A stretch of 64,000 nt of DNA, from assembly GCA_964016885.1 (NCBI GenBank), contig OZ024745.1:23560001-23624000 (forward strand), in the 5' to 3' direction. Each line of letters begins with the position of its first letter. The first letter of the stretch is position 1. Source of the stretch: Eledone cirrhosa (Eukaryota). The notes below the pieces were generated by a model. It made no database searches. It was not told where the DNA came from and saw only the letters and a program-made list of their open reading frames with translations. The position numbers and the translations under genes were made by a program. Shown here one piece after another: positions 12,201-19,233 of the stretch.

Positions 12201-15200
12201 GAGGTTGGTACTATCTGTGCAGTGGTGTAGACAGGAGAACTAGAGGTTGGTACTATCTGTGTAGTGGTGTAGACAGGAGAACTAGAGGTTGGTACTATCT
12301 GTGTAGTGGTGTAGACAGGAGAACTAGAGGTTGGTACTATCTGTGCAGTGGTGTAGACAGGAGAACTAGGGGTTGGTACTATCTGTGTAGTGGTGTAGAC
12401 AGGAGAACTAGAGGTTGGTACTATATGTGTAGTGGTGTAGAGAGGAGAACTAGGGGTTGGTACTATCTGTGTAGTGGTGTAGACAGGAGAACTAGAGGTT
12501 GGTACTATCTGTGTAGTGGTGTAGACAGGAGAACTAGAGGTTGGTACTATATGTGTAGTGGTGTAGAGAGGAGAACTAGGGGTTGGTACTATCTGTGTAG
12601 TGGTGTAGACAGGAGAACTAGAGGTTGGTACTATCTGTGCAGTGGTGTAGACAGGAGAACTAGAGGTTGGTACTATCTGTGTAGTGGTGTAGACAGGAGA
12701 ACTAGAGGTTGGTACTATATGTGTAGTGGTGTAGAGAGGAGAACTAGGGGTTGGTACTATCTGTGTAGTGGTGTAGACAGGAGAACTAGAGGTTGGTACT
12801 ATATGTGTAGTGGTGTAGAGAGGAGAACTAGGGGTTGGTACTATCTGTGTAGTGGTGTAGACAGGAGAACTAGAGGTTGGTACTATCTGTGTAGTGGTGT
12901 AGACAGGAGAACTAGAGGTTGGTACTATATGTGTAGTGGTGTAGAGAGGAGAACTAGGGGTTGGTACTATCTGTGTAGTGGTGTAGACAGGAGAACTAGA
13001 GGTTGGTACTATCTGTGTAGTGGTGTAGACAGGAGAACTAGAGGTTGGTACTATCTGTGTAGTGGTGTAGACAGGAGAACTAGGGGTTGGTACTATCTGT
13101 GTAGTGGTGTAGACAGGAGAACTAGAGGTTGGTACTATCTGTGCAGTGGTGTAGACAGGAGAACTAGAGGTTGGTATTATCTGTGTAGTGGTGTAGACAG
13201 GAGAACTAGAGGTTGGTACTATCTGTGTAGTGGTGTAGACAGGAGAACTAGAGGTTGGTATTATCTGTGTAGTGGTGTAGACAGGAGAACTAGAGGTTGG
13301 TACTATCTGTGTAGTGGTGTAGACAGGAGAACTAGAGGTTGGTATTATCTGTGCAGTGGTGTAGACAGGAGAACTAGAGGTTGGTACTATCTGTGTAGTG
13401 GTGTAGAGAGGAGAACTAGGGGTTGGTACTATCTGTGTAGTGGTGTAGGCAGGAGAACTAGAGGTTGGTACTATCTGTGTAGTGGTGTAGACAGGAGAAC
13501 TAGAGGTTGGTACTATCTGTGTAGTGGTGTAGACAGGAGAACTAGAGGTTGGTACTATCTGTGTAGTGGTGTAGACAGGAGAACTAGAGGTTGGTACTAC
13601 CTGTGCAGTGGTGTAGAGAGGAGAACTAGAGGTTGGTATTATCTGTGCAGTGGTGTAGACAGGAGAACTAGAGGTTGGTACTATCTGTGTAGTGGTGTAG
13701 ACAGGAGAACTAGAGGTTGGTACTATCTGTGCAGTGGTGTAGACAGGAGAACTAGAGGTTGGTACTATCTGTACAGTGGTGTAGACAGGAGAACTAGAGG
13801 TTGGTATTATCTGTGCAGTGGTGTAGACAGGAGAACTAGAGGTTGGTACTATCTGTACAGTGGTGTAGACAGGAGAACTAGAGGTTGGTACTATCTGTAC
13901 AGTGGTGTAGACAGGAGAACTAGAGGTTGGTATTATCTGTGCAGTGGTGTAGACAGGAGAACTAGAGGTTGGTACTATCTGTGTAGTGGTGTAGAGAGGA
14001 GAACTAGGGGTTGGTACTATCTGTGTAGTGGTGTAGACAGGAGAACTAGAGGTTGGTACTATCTGTGCAGCGGTGTAGACAGGAGAACTAGATGTTGGTA
14101 CTATCTGTGTAGTGGTGTAGACAGGAGAACTAGATGTTGGTACTATCTGTGTAGTGGTGTAGACAGGAGAACTAGATGTTGGTACTATCTGTGTAGTGGT
14201 GTAGAGAGGAGAACTAGGGGTTGGTACTATCTGTGCAGTGGTGTAGACAGGAGAACTAGAGGTTGGTACTATCTGTGTAGTGGTGTAGAGAGGAGAACTA
14301 GGGGTTGGTACTATCTGTGTAGTGGTGTAGACAGGAGAACTAGAGGTTGGTACTATCTGTGTAGTGGTGTAGAGAGGAGAACTAGGGGTTGGTACTATCT
14401 GTGTAGTGGTGTAGACAGGAGAACTAGAGGTTGGTACTATCTGTGTAGTGGTGTAGACAGGAGAACTAGAGGTTGGTACTATCTGTGTAGTGGTGTAGAC
14501 AGGAGAACTAGAGGTTGGTACTATCTGTGTAGTGGTGTAGACAGGAGAACTAGAGGTTGGTACTATCTGTGTAGTGGTGTAGACAGGAGAACTAGAGGTT
14601 GGTACTATCTGTGTAGTGGTGTAGAGAGGAGAACTAGGGGTTGGTACTATCTGTGTAGTGGTGTAGACAGGAGAACTAGAGGTTGGTACTATCTGTGTAG
14701 TGGTGTAGACAGGAGAACTAGAGGTTGGTACTATCTGTGTAGTGGTGTAGACAGGAGAACTAGAGGTTGGTACTATCTGTGCAGTGGTGTAGACAGGAGA
14801 ACTAGATGTTGGTACTATCTGTGTAGTGGTGTAGACAGGAGAACTAGATGTTGGTACTATCTGTGTAGTGGTGTAGACAGGAGAACTAGAGGTTGGTACT
14901 ATCTGTGCAGTGGTGTAGACAGGAGAACTAGATGTTGGTACTATCTGTGTAGTGGTGTAGACAGGAGAACTAGAGGTTGGTACTATCTGTGCAGTGGTGT
15001 AGACAGGAGAACTAGAGGTTGGTATTATCTGTGTAGTGGTGTAGACAGGAGAACTAGAGGTTGGTACTATCTGTGCAGTGGTGTAGACAGGAGAACTAGA
15101 GGTTGGTACTATCTGTGTAGTGGTGTAGACAGGAGAACTAGAGGTTGGTACTATCTGTGTAGTGGTGTAGGCAGGAGAACTAGAGGTTGGTATTATCTGT

Positions 15201-16039
15201 GTAGTGGTGTAGACAGGAGAACTAGAGTTTGGTACTATATGTGCAGTGGTGTAGACAGGAGAACTAGAGGTTGGTACTATCTGTGCAGTGGTGTAGACAG
15301 GAGAACTAGAGGTTGGTACTATCTGTGCAGTGGTGTAGACAGGAGAACTAGAGGTTGGTACTATCTGTGTAGTGGTGTAGGCAGGAGAACTAGAGGTTGG
15401 TACTATCTGTGCAGTGGTGTAGACAGGAGAACTAGATGTTGGTACTATCTGTGTAGTGGTGTAGACAGGAGAACTAGAGGTTGGTACTACCTGTGCAGTG
15501 GTGTAGACAGGAGAACTAGATGTTGGTACTATCTGCGTAGTGGTGTAGACAGGAGAACTAGAGGTTGGTACTATATGTGCAGTGGTGTAGACAGGAGAAC
15601 TAGAGGTTGGTACTACCTGTGCAGTGGTGTAGACAGGAGAACTAGATGTTGGTACTATCTGTGTAGTGGTGTAGACAGGAGAACTAGAGGTTGGTACTAC
15701 CTGTGCAGTGGTGTAGACAGGAGAACTAGATGTTGGTACTATCTGTGTAGTGGTGTAGACAGGAGAACTAGATGTTGGTACTATCTGTGTAGTGGTGTAG
15801 ACAGGAGAACTAGAGGTTGGTACTACCTGTGCAGTGGTGTAGACAGGAGAACTAGATGTTGGTACTATCTGTGTAGTGGTGTAGACAGGAGAACTAGAGG
15901 TTGGTACTACCTGTGCAGTGGTGTAGACAGGAGAACTAGATGTTGGTACTATCTGTGTAGTGGTGTAGGCAGGAGAACTAGAGGTTGGTATTTTCAGAGA
16001 AGTACAGTTATATGTTAAAGGAATATAAGGACGCCACAA
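6242..16039 (-). CDS. Possible mucin-like PTS-repeat exon (PTSSSPVYTTTQIV)n; unverified
   Basis: 3265-codon open frame with Pro/Thr/Ser-rich composition; no ATG, signal peptide or convincing splice sites; stop at 16052. Confidence 0.2.
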   Translation of the reverse strand: MWRPYIPLTYNCTSLKIPTSSSPAYTTTQIVPTSSSPVYTTAQVVPTSSSPVYTTTQIVPTSSSPVYTTAQVVPTSSSPVYTTTQIVPTSSSPVYTTTQIVPTSSSPVYTTAQVVPTSSSPVYTTTQIVPTSSSPVYTTAQVVPTSSSPVYTTAHIVPTSSSPVYTTTQIVPTSSSPVYTTAQVVPTSSSPVYTTTQIVPTSSSPVYTTAQIVPTSSSPAYTTTQIVPTSSSPVYTTAQIVPTSSSPVYTTAQIVPTSSSPVYTTAHIVPNSSSPVYTTTQIIPTSSSPAYTTTQIVPTSSSPVYTTTQIVPTSSSPVYTTAQIVPTSSSPVYTTTQIIPTSSSPVYTTAQIVPTSSSPVYTTTQIVPTSSSPVYTTAQIVPTSSSPVYTTTQIVPTSSSPVYTTTQIVPTSSSPVYTTAQIVPTSSSPVYTTTQIVPTSSSPVYTTTQIVPTSSSPVYTTTQIVPTPSSPLYTTTQIVPTSSSPVYTTTQIVPTSSSPVYTTTQIVPTSSSPVYTTTQIVPTSSSPVYTTTQIVPTSSSPVYTTTQIVPTPSSPLYTTTQIVPTSSSPVYTTTQIVPTPSSPLYTTTQIVPTSSSPVYTTAQIVPTPSSPLYTTTQIVPTSSSPVYTTTQIVPTSSSPVYTTTQIVPTSSSPVYTAAQIVPTSSSPVYTTTQIVPTPSSPLYTTTQIVPTSSSPVYTTAQIIPTSSSPVYTTVQIVPTSSSPVYTTVQIVPTSSSPVYTTAQIIPTSSSPVYTTVQIVPTSSSPVYTTAQIVPTSSSPVYTTTQIVPTSSSPVYTTAQIIPTSSSPLYTTAQVVPTSSSPVYTTTQIVPTSSSPVYTTTQIVPTSSSPVYTTTQIVPTSSSPAYTTTQIVPTPSSPLYTTTQIVPTSSSPVYTTAQIIPTSSSPVYTTTQIVPTSSSPVYTTTQIIPTSSSPVYTTTQIVPTSSSPVYTTTQIIPTSSSPVYTTAQIVPTSSSPVYTTTQIVPTPSSPVYTTTQIVPTSSSPVYTTTQIVPTSSSPVYTTTQIVPTPSSPLYTTTHIVPTSSSPVYTTTQIVPTSSSPVYTTTQIVPTPSSPLYTTTHIVPTSSSPVYTTTQIVPTPSSPLYTTTHIVPTSSSPVYTTTQIVPTSSSPVYTTAQIVPTSSSPVYTTTQIVPTPSSPLYTTTHIVPTSSSPVYTTTQIVPTSSSPVYTTTQIVPTPSSPLYTTTHIVPTSSSPVYTTTQIVPTPSSPVYTTAQIVPTSSSPVYTTTQIVPTSSSPVYTTTQIVPTSSSPVYTTAQIVPTSSSPVYTTTQIVPTSSSPVYTTTQIIPTSSSPVYTTAQIVPTSSSPVYTTTQIVPTSSSPVYTTAQIVPTSSSPVYTTTQIVPTSSSPVYTTTQIVPTSSSPVYTTAQIVPTSSSPVYTTAQIVPTSSSPVYTTTQIIPTSSSPVYTTTQIVPTSSSPVYTTTQIIPTSSSPVYTTAQIVPTSSSPLYTTAQIVPTSSSPVYTTAQIVPTPSSPVYTTAQIVPTSSSPVYTTTQIVPTSSSPVYTTTQIVPTSSSPAYTTTQIVPTSSSPVYTTAQIIPTSSSPVYTTTQIVPTSSSPVYTTTQIIPTSSSPVYTTTQIVPTSSSPVYTTTQIIPTSSSPVYTTTQIIPTSSSPVYTTTQIVPTSSSPVYTTTQIIPTSSSPVYTTTQIVPTSSSPAYTTTQIVPTSSSPLYTTTQIIPTSSSPVYTTTQIIPTSSSPVYTTTQIVPTSSSPVYTTTQIIPTSSSPVYTTTQIIPTSSSPVYTTTQIVPTSSSPVYTTAQIIPTSSSPVYTTTQIVPTSSSPVYTTAQIVPTPSSPVYTTTQIVPTSSSPVYTTTQIVPTSSSPVYTTTQIVPTSSSPVYTTTQIVPTSSSPVYTTTQIIPTSSSPVYTTTQIIPTSSSPVYTTTQIIPTSSSPVYTTTQIVPTSSSPVYTTTQIVPTSSSPVYTTTQIIPTSSSPVYTTTQIVPTSSSPVYTTTQIVPTSSSPVYTTTQIIPTSSSPVYTTTQIVPTSSSPVYTTTQIVPTSSSPVYTTTQIIPTSSSPVYTTTQIVPTSSSPVYTTTQIIPTSSSPVYTTTQIIPTPSSPVYTTTQIVPTSSSPVYTTTHIVPTPSSPVYTTAQIIPTSSSPVYTTTQIVPTSSSPVYTTAQIVPTSSSPVYTTAQIVPTSSSPAYTTTQIIPTSSSPVYTTTQIVPTSSSPVYTTAQIIPTSSSPLYTTTQIIPTSSSPVYTTTQIVPTPSSPVYTTTQIVPTSSSPVYTTTQIVPTPSSPVYTTTQIVPTPSSPVYTTAQIIPTSSSPVYTTTQIIPTSSSPVYTTTQIIPTSSSPVYTTTQIIPTSSSPVYTTTQIIPTSSSPVYTTTQIVPTSSSPVYTTTQIIPTSSSPVYTTTQIIPTSSSPVYTTTQIIPTSSSPVYTTTQIVPTPSSPVYTTTQIVPTSSSPVYTTAQIVPTSSSPVYTTAQIIPTSSSPVYTTAQIVPTSSSPVYTTTQIVPTSSSPVYTTAQIVPTSSSPVYTTAQIIPTSSSPVYTTTQIVPTSSSPVYTTTQIVPTSSSPVYTTTQIVPTPSSPLYTTAQIVPTSSSPLYTTAQIVPTSSSPVYTTTQIVPTSSSPVYTTTQIIPTSSSPVYTTAQIVPTSSSPAYTTAQIVPTSSSPVYTTAQIVPTSSSPVYTTTQIVPTSSSPAYTTAQIVPTSSSPVYTTTQIIPTSSSPLYTTTQIVPTSSSPVYTTTQIVPTSSSPVYTTTQIVPTSSSPVYTTTQIIPTSSSPAYTTAQIVPTSSSPVYTTTQIVPTSSSPVYTTAQIIPTSSSPVYTTAQIIPTSSSPVYTTAQIIPTSSSPVYTTTQIVPTSSSPVYTTTQIVPTSSSPVYTTTQIVPTPSSPVYTTTQIVPTSSSPVYTTAQIIPTSSSPVYTTTQIIPTSSSPVYTTAQIIPTSSSPVYTTAQIIPTSSSPVYTTTQIIPTSSSPVYTTTQIIPTSSSPVYTTTQIVPTPSSPVYTTAQIVPPSSSPVYTTTQIVPTSSSPVYTTTQIVPTSNSPVYTTTQIVPTSSSPVYTTTQIVPTSSSPVYTTAQIIPTSSSPVYTTAQIIPTSSSPVYTTTQIIPTSSSPVYTTTQIIPTSSSPVYTTTQIVPTPSSPVYTTAQIVPPSSSPVYTTTQIVPPSSSPVYTTTQIVPTSSSPVYTTAQIIPTSSSPVYTTTQIVPTSSSPLYTATQIVPTSSSPVYITTHIVPTSSSPLYTTTHIVPTSSSPVYTTAQIIPTSSSPLYTTAQIHCNGCHFSNFFNNLF
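6272..16018 (+). CDS. Possible repetitive protein (SGVDRRTRGWYYLC)n; unverified
   Basis: 3248-codon open frame with an in-frame ATG at about 6287; the commonest unit variants are synonymous in this frame. Confidence 0.15.
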   Translation: MASITMYLRSGVERRTRGWYYLCSGVDRRTRGWYYMCSGVERRTRGWYYMCSDVDRRTRGGYYLCSGVERRTRGWYYLCSGVDRRTRGWYYLRSGVDRRTRGGYYLCSGVDRRTRGWYYLCSGVDRRTRGWYYLCSGVDRRTRGWYYLCSGVDRRTRGWYYLCSGVDRRTRGWYYLCSGVDRRTRGWYYLCSGVDRRTRGWYYLCSGVDRRTRGWYYLCSGVDRRTRGWYYLCSGVDRRIRGWYYLCSGVDRRTRGWYYLCSGVDRRTRGWYYLCSGVDRRTRGWYYLCSGVDRRTRGWYYLCSGVDRRTRGWYYLCSGVDRRTRGWYYLCSGVDRRTRGWYYLCSGVDRRTRGWYYLCSGVDRRTRGWYYLCSGVDRRTRGWYYLCSGVDRRTRGWYYLCSGVDRRTRGWYYLCSGVDRRTRGWYYLCSGVDRRTRGWYYLCSGVDRRTRGWYYLCSGVDRRTRGWYYLCSGVDRRTRGWYYLCSGVDRRTRGWYYLCSGVGRRTRGWYYLCSGVDRRTRGWYYLCSGVDRRTRGWYYLCSGVDRRTRGWYYLCSGVERRTRGWYYLCSGVDRRTRGWYYLCSGVGRRTRGWYYLCSGVDRRTRGWYYLCSGVDRRTRGWYYLCSGVGRRTRGWYYLCSGVDRRTRGWYYLCSGVDRRTRGWYYLCSGVDRRTRGWYYLCSGVERRTRGRYYLCSGVERRTRGWYYLCSGVDRRTRGWYYLCSGVDRRTRGWYYLCSGVDRRTRGWYYLCSGVDRRTRGWYYLCSGVDRRTRGWYYLCSGVDRRTRGWYYLCSGVDRRTRGWYYLCSGVDRRTRGWYYLCSGVDRRTRGWYYLCSGVDRRTRGWYYLCSGVDRRTRGWYYLCSGVDRRTRGWYYLCSGVDRRTRGWYYLCSGVDRRTRGWYYLCSGVDRRTRGWYYLCSGVDRRTRGWYYLCSGVDRRTRGWYYLCSGVDRRTRGWYYLCSGVDRRTRGWYYLCSGVDRRTRGWYYLCSGVDRRTRGWYYLCSGVDRRTRGWYYLCSGVDRRTRGWYYLCSGVDRRTRGWYYLCSGVERRTRGWYYLCSGVDRRTRGWYYLCSGVDRRTRGWYYLCSGVGRRTRGWYYLCSGVDRRTRGWYYLCSGVDRRTRGWYYLCSGVDRRTRGWYYLCSGVDRRTRGWYYMCSGVDRRTRGWYYLCSGVDRRTRGWYYLCSGVDRRTRGWYYLCSGVDRRTRGWYYLCSGVDRRTRGWYYLCSGVDRRTRGWYYLCSGVDRRTRGWYYLCSGVDRRTRGWYYLCSGVDRRTRGWYYLCSGVDRRTRGWYYLCSGVDRRTRGWYYLCSGVDRRTRGWYYLCSGVDRRTRGWYYLCSGVDRRTRGWYYLCSGVDRRTRGWYYLCSGVDRRTRGWYYLCSGVDRRTRGWYYLCSGVDRRTRGWYYLCSGVDRRTRGWYYLCSGVDRRTRGWYYLCSGVDRRTRGWYYLCSGVDRRTRGWYYLCSGVDRRTRGWYYLCSGVDRRTRGWYYLCSGVDRRTRGWYYLCSGVDRRTRGGYYLCSGVDRRTRGWYYLCSGVDRRTRGWYYLCSGVDRRTRGWYYLCSGVERRTRGWYYLCSGVGRRTRGWYYLCSGVDRRTRGWYYLCSGVDRRTRGWYYLCSGVDRRTRGWYYLCSGVDRRTRGWYYLCSGVDRRTRGWYYLCSGVDRRTRGWYYLCSGVDRRTRGWYYLCSGVDRRTRGWYYLCSGVDRRTRGWYYLCSGVGRRTRGWYYLCSGVDRRTRGWYYLCSGVDRRTRGWYYLCSGVDRRTRGWYYLCSGVDRRTRGWYYLCSGVERRTRGWYYLCSGVDRRTRGWYYLCSGVDRRTRGWYYLCSGVDRRTRGWYYLCSGVDRRTRGWYYLCSGVDRRTRGWYYLCSGVDRRTRGGYYLCSGVDRRTRGWYYLCSGVDRRTRGWYYLCSGVDRRTRGWYYLCSGVDRRTRGWYYLCSGVDRRTRGWYYLCSGVDRRTRGWYYLCSGVDRRTRGWYYLCSGVDRRTRGWYYLCSGVDRRTRGWYYLCSGVDRRTRGWYYLCSGVDRRTRGWYYLCSGVDRRTRGWYYMCSGVERRTRGWYYLCSGVDRRTRGWYYLCSGVDRRTRGWYYMCSGVERRTRGWYYLCSGVDRRTRGWYYLCSGVDRRTRGWYYLCSGVDRRTRGWYYMCSGVERRTRGWYYLCSGVDRRTRGWYYMCSGVERRTRGWYYLCSGVDRRTRGWYYLCSGVDRRTRGWYYMCSGVERRTRGWYYLCSGVDRRTRGWYYLCSGVDRRTRGWYYLCSGVDRRTRGWYYLCSGVDRRTRGWYYLCSGVDRRTRGWYYLCSGVDRRTRGWYYLCSGVDRRTRGWYYLCSGVDRRTRGWYYLCSGVDRRTRGWYYLCSGVDRRTRGWYYLCSGVERRTRGWYYLCSGVGRRTRGWYYLCSGVDRRTRGWYYLCSGVDRRTRGWYYLCSGVDRRTRGWYYLCSGVERRTRGWYYLCSGVDRRTRGWYYLCSGVDRRTRGWYYLCSGVDRRTRGWYYLYSGVDRRTRGWYYLCSGVDRRTRGWYYLYSGVDRRTRGWYYLYSGVDRRTRGWYYLCSGVDRRTRGWYYLCSGVERRTRGWYYLCSGVDRRTRGWYYLCSGVDRRTRCWYYLCSGVDRRTRCWYYLCSGVDRRTRCWYYLCSGVERRTRGWYYLCSGVDRRTRGWYYLCSGVERRTRGWYYLCSGVDRRTRGWYYLCSGVERRTRGWYYLCSGVDRRTRGWYYLCSGVDRRTRGWYYLCSGVDRRTRGWYYLCSGVDRRTRGWYYLCSGVDRRTRGWYYLCSGVERRTRGWYYLCSGVDRRTRGWYYLCSGVDRRTRGWYYLCSGVDRRTRGWYYLCSGVDRRTRCWYYLCSGVDRRTRCWYYLCSGVDRRTRGWYYLCSGVDRRTRCWYYLCSGVDRRTRGWYYLCSGVDRRTRGWYYLCSGVDRRTRGWYYLCSGVDRRTRGWYYLCSGVDRRTRGWYYLCSGVGRRTRGWYYLCSGVDRRTRVWYYMCSGVDRRTRGWYYLCSGVDRRTRGWYYLCSGVDRRTRGWYYLCSGVGRRTRGWYYLCSGVDRRTRCWYYLCSGVDRRTRGWYYLCSGVDRRTRCWYYLRSGVDRRTRGWYYMCSGVDRRTRGWYYLCSGVDRRTRCWYYLCSGVDRRTRGWYYLCSGVDRRTRCWYYLCSGVDRRTRCWYYLCSGVDRRTRGWYYLCSGVDRRTRCWYYLCSGVDRRTRGWYYLCSGVDRRTRCWYYLCSGVGRRTRGWYFQRSTVIC
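6289..15993. repeat. 42-bp tandem array, about 231 copies
   Basis: Unit agtggtgtagacaggagaactagaggttggtactatctgtgt; both ORFs stay in frame, so no frameshifting indels. Confidence 0.98.
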
Positions 16040-16159
16040 AATATAAGGAGTTTATAGCTGAAGAAGATTGTGTGAGGTTGAAAAATTTGAAGGAAGCTGG
16101 CAATCACAGTGAGCCAGTCCAGCTGATTGTTTTGTGGTCTAGACTCTAGAGGGTGGTAT

Positions 16160-16749
16160 TTCCATAAAGAAAGAAGATACTTCTTAAAATGAACACAATA
16201 TGTAAATATTTTACTTTTGGAATTGCGATGCTCATATTTGAATTTGAATTCTTGAAGAATCGAAGTCTTTTCAGTATTGCAGAGCTCTTGGGGGCCTTCA
16301 TGTAAGGTTTAGATATTTTGAGGACCATGCATATATTATAATAATTTATATTACTGTATTGCAAGGCTCATATGTGGTTCGCCATAGCCGTGAAAATTCT
16401 CATATTTGAAATTATGAAGGACGAATTTTTTTAATAGCACTTCTGCTAAAATTTTGCTTCACCTATTCAATATTTCAGTTTTCGTTCTCTGTATAAATAG
16501 ATTTAACCGAGGTAACTTCATTTTCTAGATGATTACCTTCATTTTACATGACTTGTATAATGAGGAGTCATCCTTCTTTCTGTAGGAACATCGTAGATTT
16601 TCTTGAGATTTGGGTTTAAATGTTATGAAGGATTCCATGTTAGGAATGGAGGAGTAGTTAATCTTAACAGAACCTCCGCTGAAGATTTTACCATATCGGT
16701 ATTGCAGTCAAAAATAATTATCTACTAAATCAAGGAATTTCCTACTTCC
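16160..16749 (-). mobile_element. Degenerate Penelope-like element, RT thumb to GIY-YIG region
   Basis: Minus strand reads RKFLDLVDNYF*LQYRYGKIFSGGSVKINYSSIPNMESFI ... VLKISKPY ... ELCNTEKTSIL ... YCVHFKKYLL, with stops and frameshifts. Confidence 0.7.
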
Positions 16750-16764
16750 CTTAATCTTAATATT

Positions 16765-16930
16765 TAATTGTTTCTACTTTTGGTACGAGGACAGCAATTA
16801 TCCCAGTGTATTACTGGTACTTTATTTTATCGACCTCCCGGGATTTGAACTCAGACCATAAAGGGCTGTAACTCTTTGCTGCAAAGCATGGCGTCCGACC
16901 CTCTATCGATACTGCCATTCCACCGCCCTT
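16765..16930 (-). mobile_element. SINE family A, internally deleted
   Basis: Reverse complement of the family core (gggatttgaactcag, ctggtactttattttatcgac). Confidence 0.85.
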
Positions 16931-17212
16931 AATATTTTATAAAAGAAAGAGAAGTGAACACAAGTTGAGTAGATTTCACCTGTGTTTTTCACCTGTTTGT
17001 TATTCTCCTTCCTTCTGATTTGTAATGAAAATAAACAATTAGAATCTTTATCACTGTTTTCCATCCTTTGAACTATGTAAATACAATATAATTATCACAA
17101 TCAACTCATATTTTGTACTAATATTCTATGAATATTGAAACATGTCTACACATTAAATATTAAATCCAGAAAAAAATGAATTGTTTGTCTTTAGTTAATT
17201 ACTCACATGTCT

Positions 17213-17426
17213 AATAATTTTTTTTACATTTGGCACAGGGATAACAATTAGAAAAGAAGAGGAAAGTCGACTAAATCGACCCAGTGCATTACTGGTACTT
17301 TATTTTATCGACCCCGAAAGGATGAAAGATAAAGCTAACCTCGGTGGGAACTCAGAACATAAAGGGCCGTAACATTATGCTGTATGTTGTGCGGTGCTCT
17401 GTCAATACTGCCAATCCACCGCCCTC
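17213..17426 (-). mobile_element. SINE family A
   Basis: Reverse complement of the family core. Confidence 0.85.
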
Positions 17427-17664
17427 GTGGTCTGGAATAGATTGAAGACGTAACCTTTTCTGCATACCTTTTAATTAGTTAATATATATGATAAACCTAG
17501 GAAAACTAACAAAGAGAGGACAACACAACGAACAAAAACAAGGCAAAATGAAAAACAATTTTTTAAGGGGAGCCCTAAAAAATTATTTAGAAAAAGAAAA
17601 TACAAGCAAAAGGCACAAAACTCCATGGACACACACACACACACACACACACATACACACACAC

Positions 17665-17733
<69 letters not shown>

Positions 17734-18304
17734 TGAAAATAGACCGAGAAACAGGAATGTCCATTATCAGTAGTCTGCTGATTATCATTGCTATTTCTTC
17801 GCATTAAAGACTAGATACCTAAAATCAGTGCGAGCGATAACTAAATAAAGTTATCGGGACAAAACGAATTGGAAGGGGAAAGTGAACAAACAACATGGTA
17901 GTAATGCAACTTAAAGAGAGGAAAAGAGACAGACAAGTCAATGAATCTTGTGGACTTAAGTCCGAACGAATCAAATGACGAGAAGAGCCAGACACGTCCG
18001 AGCCACGCGAAAAGTGAGAGAGAAAAGAATTTCACACAGGTCAGACGGGAGGAAGTGAGAGAGGAGGAGTAGCAGAGAGTGAGTGAGTGAAAGTGTTAGG
18101 AAGAGGCCAGCCGAGAGTGTGTGACCAGCAGCGGGGGTGAAAGAAAGCAAGTGGTACAGGAGAGAGAAGGGTGACAGAAAGAATACGGACCACAGCGAGG
18201 GGTAAAACATATATGTGAATGAAAAAATGGCGTGCTGCGTTGTTGCGAATGTGAACATATGAATGAAAATAGACCAAGAAACAATCGCTATTTCAGAGCA
18301 CCAA

Positions 18305-18380
<76 letters not shown>

Positions 18381-18383
<3 letters not shown>

Positions 18384-19193
18384 GTTATATAAGTAAGGTG
18401 CATTATTGGTTGTGTAAAATGGTCCAATAACTTTATGTTAGCAATATTAAGTTCTCCACGCTTTTGTATATCTTCAATTCCATTCGAGGGAACAGCTAGA
18501 TGATGTAAAACAGAATATAAGTATCAAAATGAAAATCCGAAGGCAAGGTAAAATTCCAATCATTTAATCACGACACATGTTTCAATAACTTGAAGATTTG
18601 GATGTTACAATTGGATCTATACACGTATAGCGGAACACTGAACTGAACTTACTTGCGCGCGCGCGCGCGCGCGTGTGTGTGTGCGTGCAGCGTTGGTTAA
18701 CCCAATATTTCCAATTTACATCGTCAAATTGAGATTTGACCGACATAGCCTCTGTTGCTTTGCGAACTAACTTTTGGTGAGTGCTGTGTTGGTACATTCT
18801 TATATTTGTTTTTTCTCGGACATCGCTTCGGTGTGTGTGAAAGTGTGTGTGTACCCACTCACTTTTAACTGTGACTGACTGTATCCCTACAGATTTGATT
18901 GATGTCCAGCGTCTTTTTCAGCGATGGGAATCTGAAAACTTTTAATGACTTCAACTAAAGCTAATAGCAGTCGCCATGTCTCTGACTGACTGGTGTGTCT
19001 CCATATGAGGGAATGAATTCTGTGAGAGAACATCGTTTTTTTTCTCCCTCATATCAAGAATTTGAAGACAATTCATTTTCACCTGATGAGATCAGTGATA
19101 ATCGATCATGGCTTCACAATCGATCTATCTCTTATTTAAACATGTGTCGTGATTAAATGATTGGAATTTTACCTTGCCTTCGGATTTTCATTT

Positions 19194-19199
<6 letters not shown>
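18381..19199. mobile_element. Fold-back element in (TA)n with about 61-bp inverted arms and a degenerate hammerhead
   Basis: 18522-18582 is inverted to 19138-19199; tcac CTGATGA ... (t)AAAC atgt GTC gtga at 19078-19153; the other arm retains GAAAC. Confidence 0.7.
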
Positions 19200-19226
<27 letters not shown>

Positions 19227-19233
<7 letters not shown>

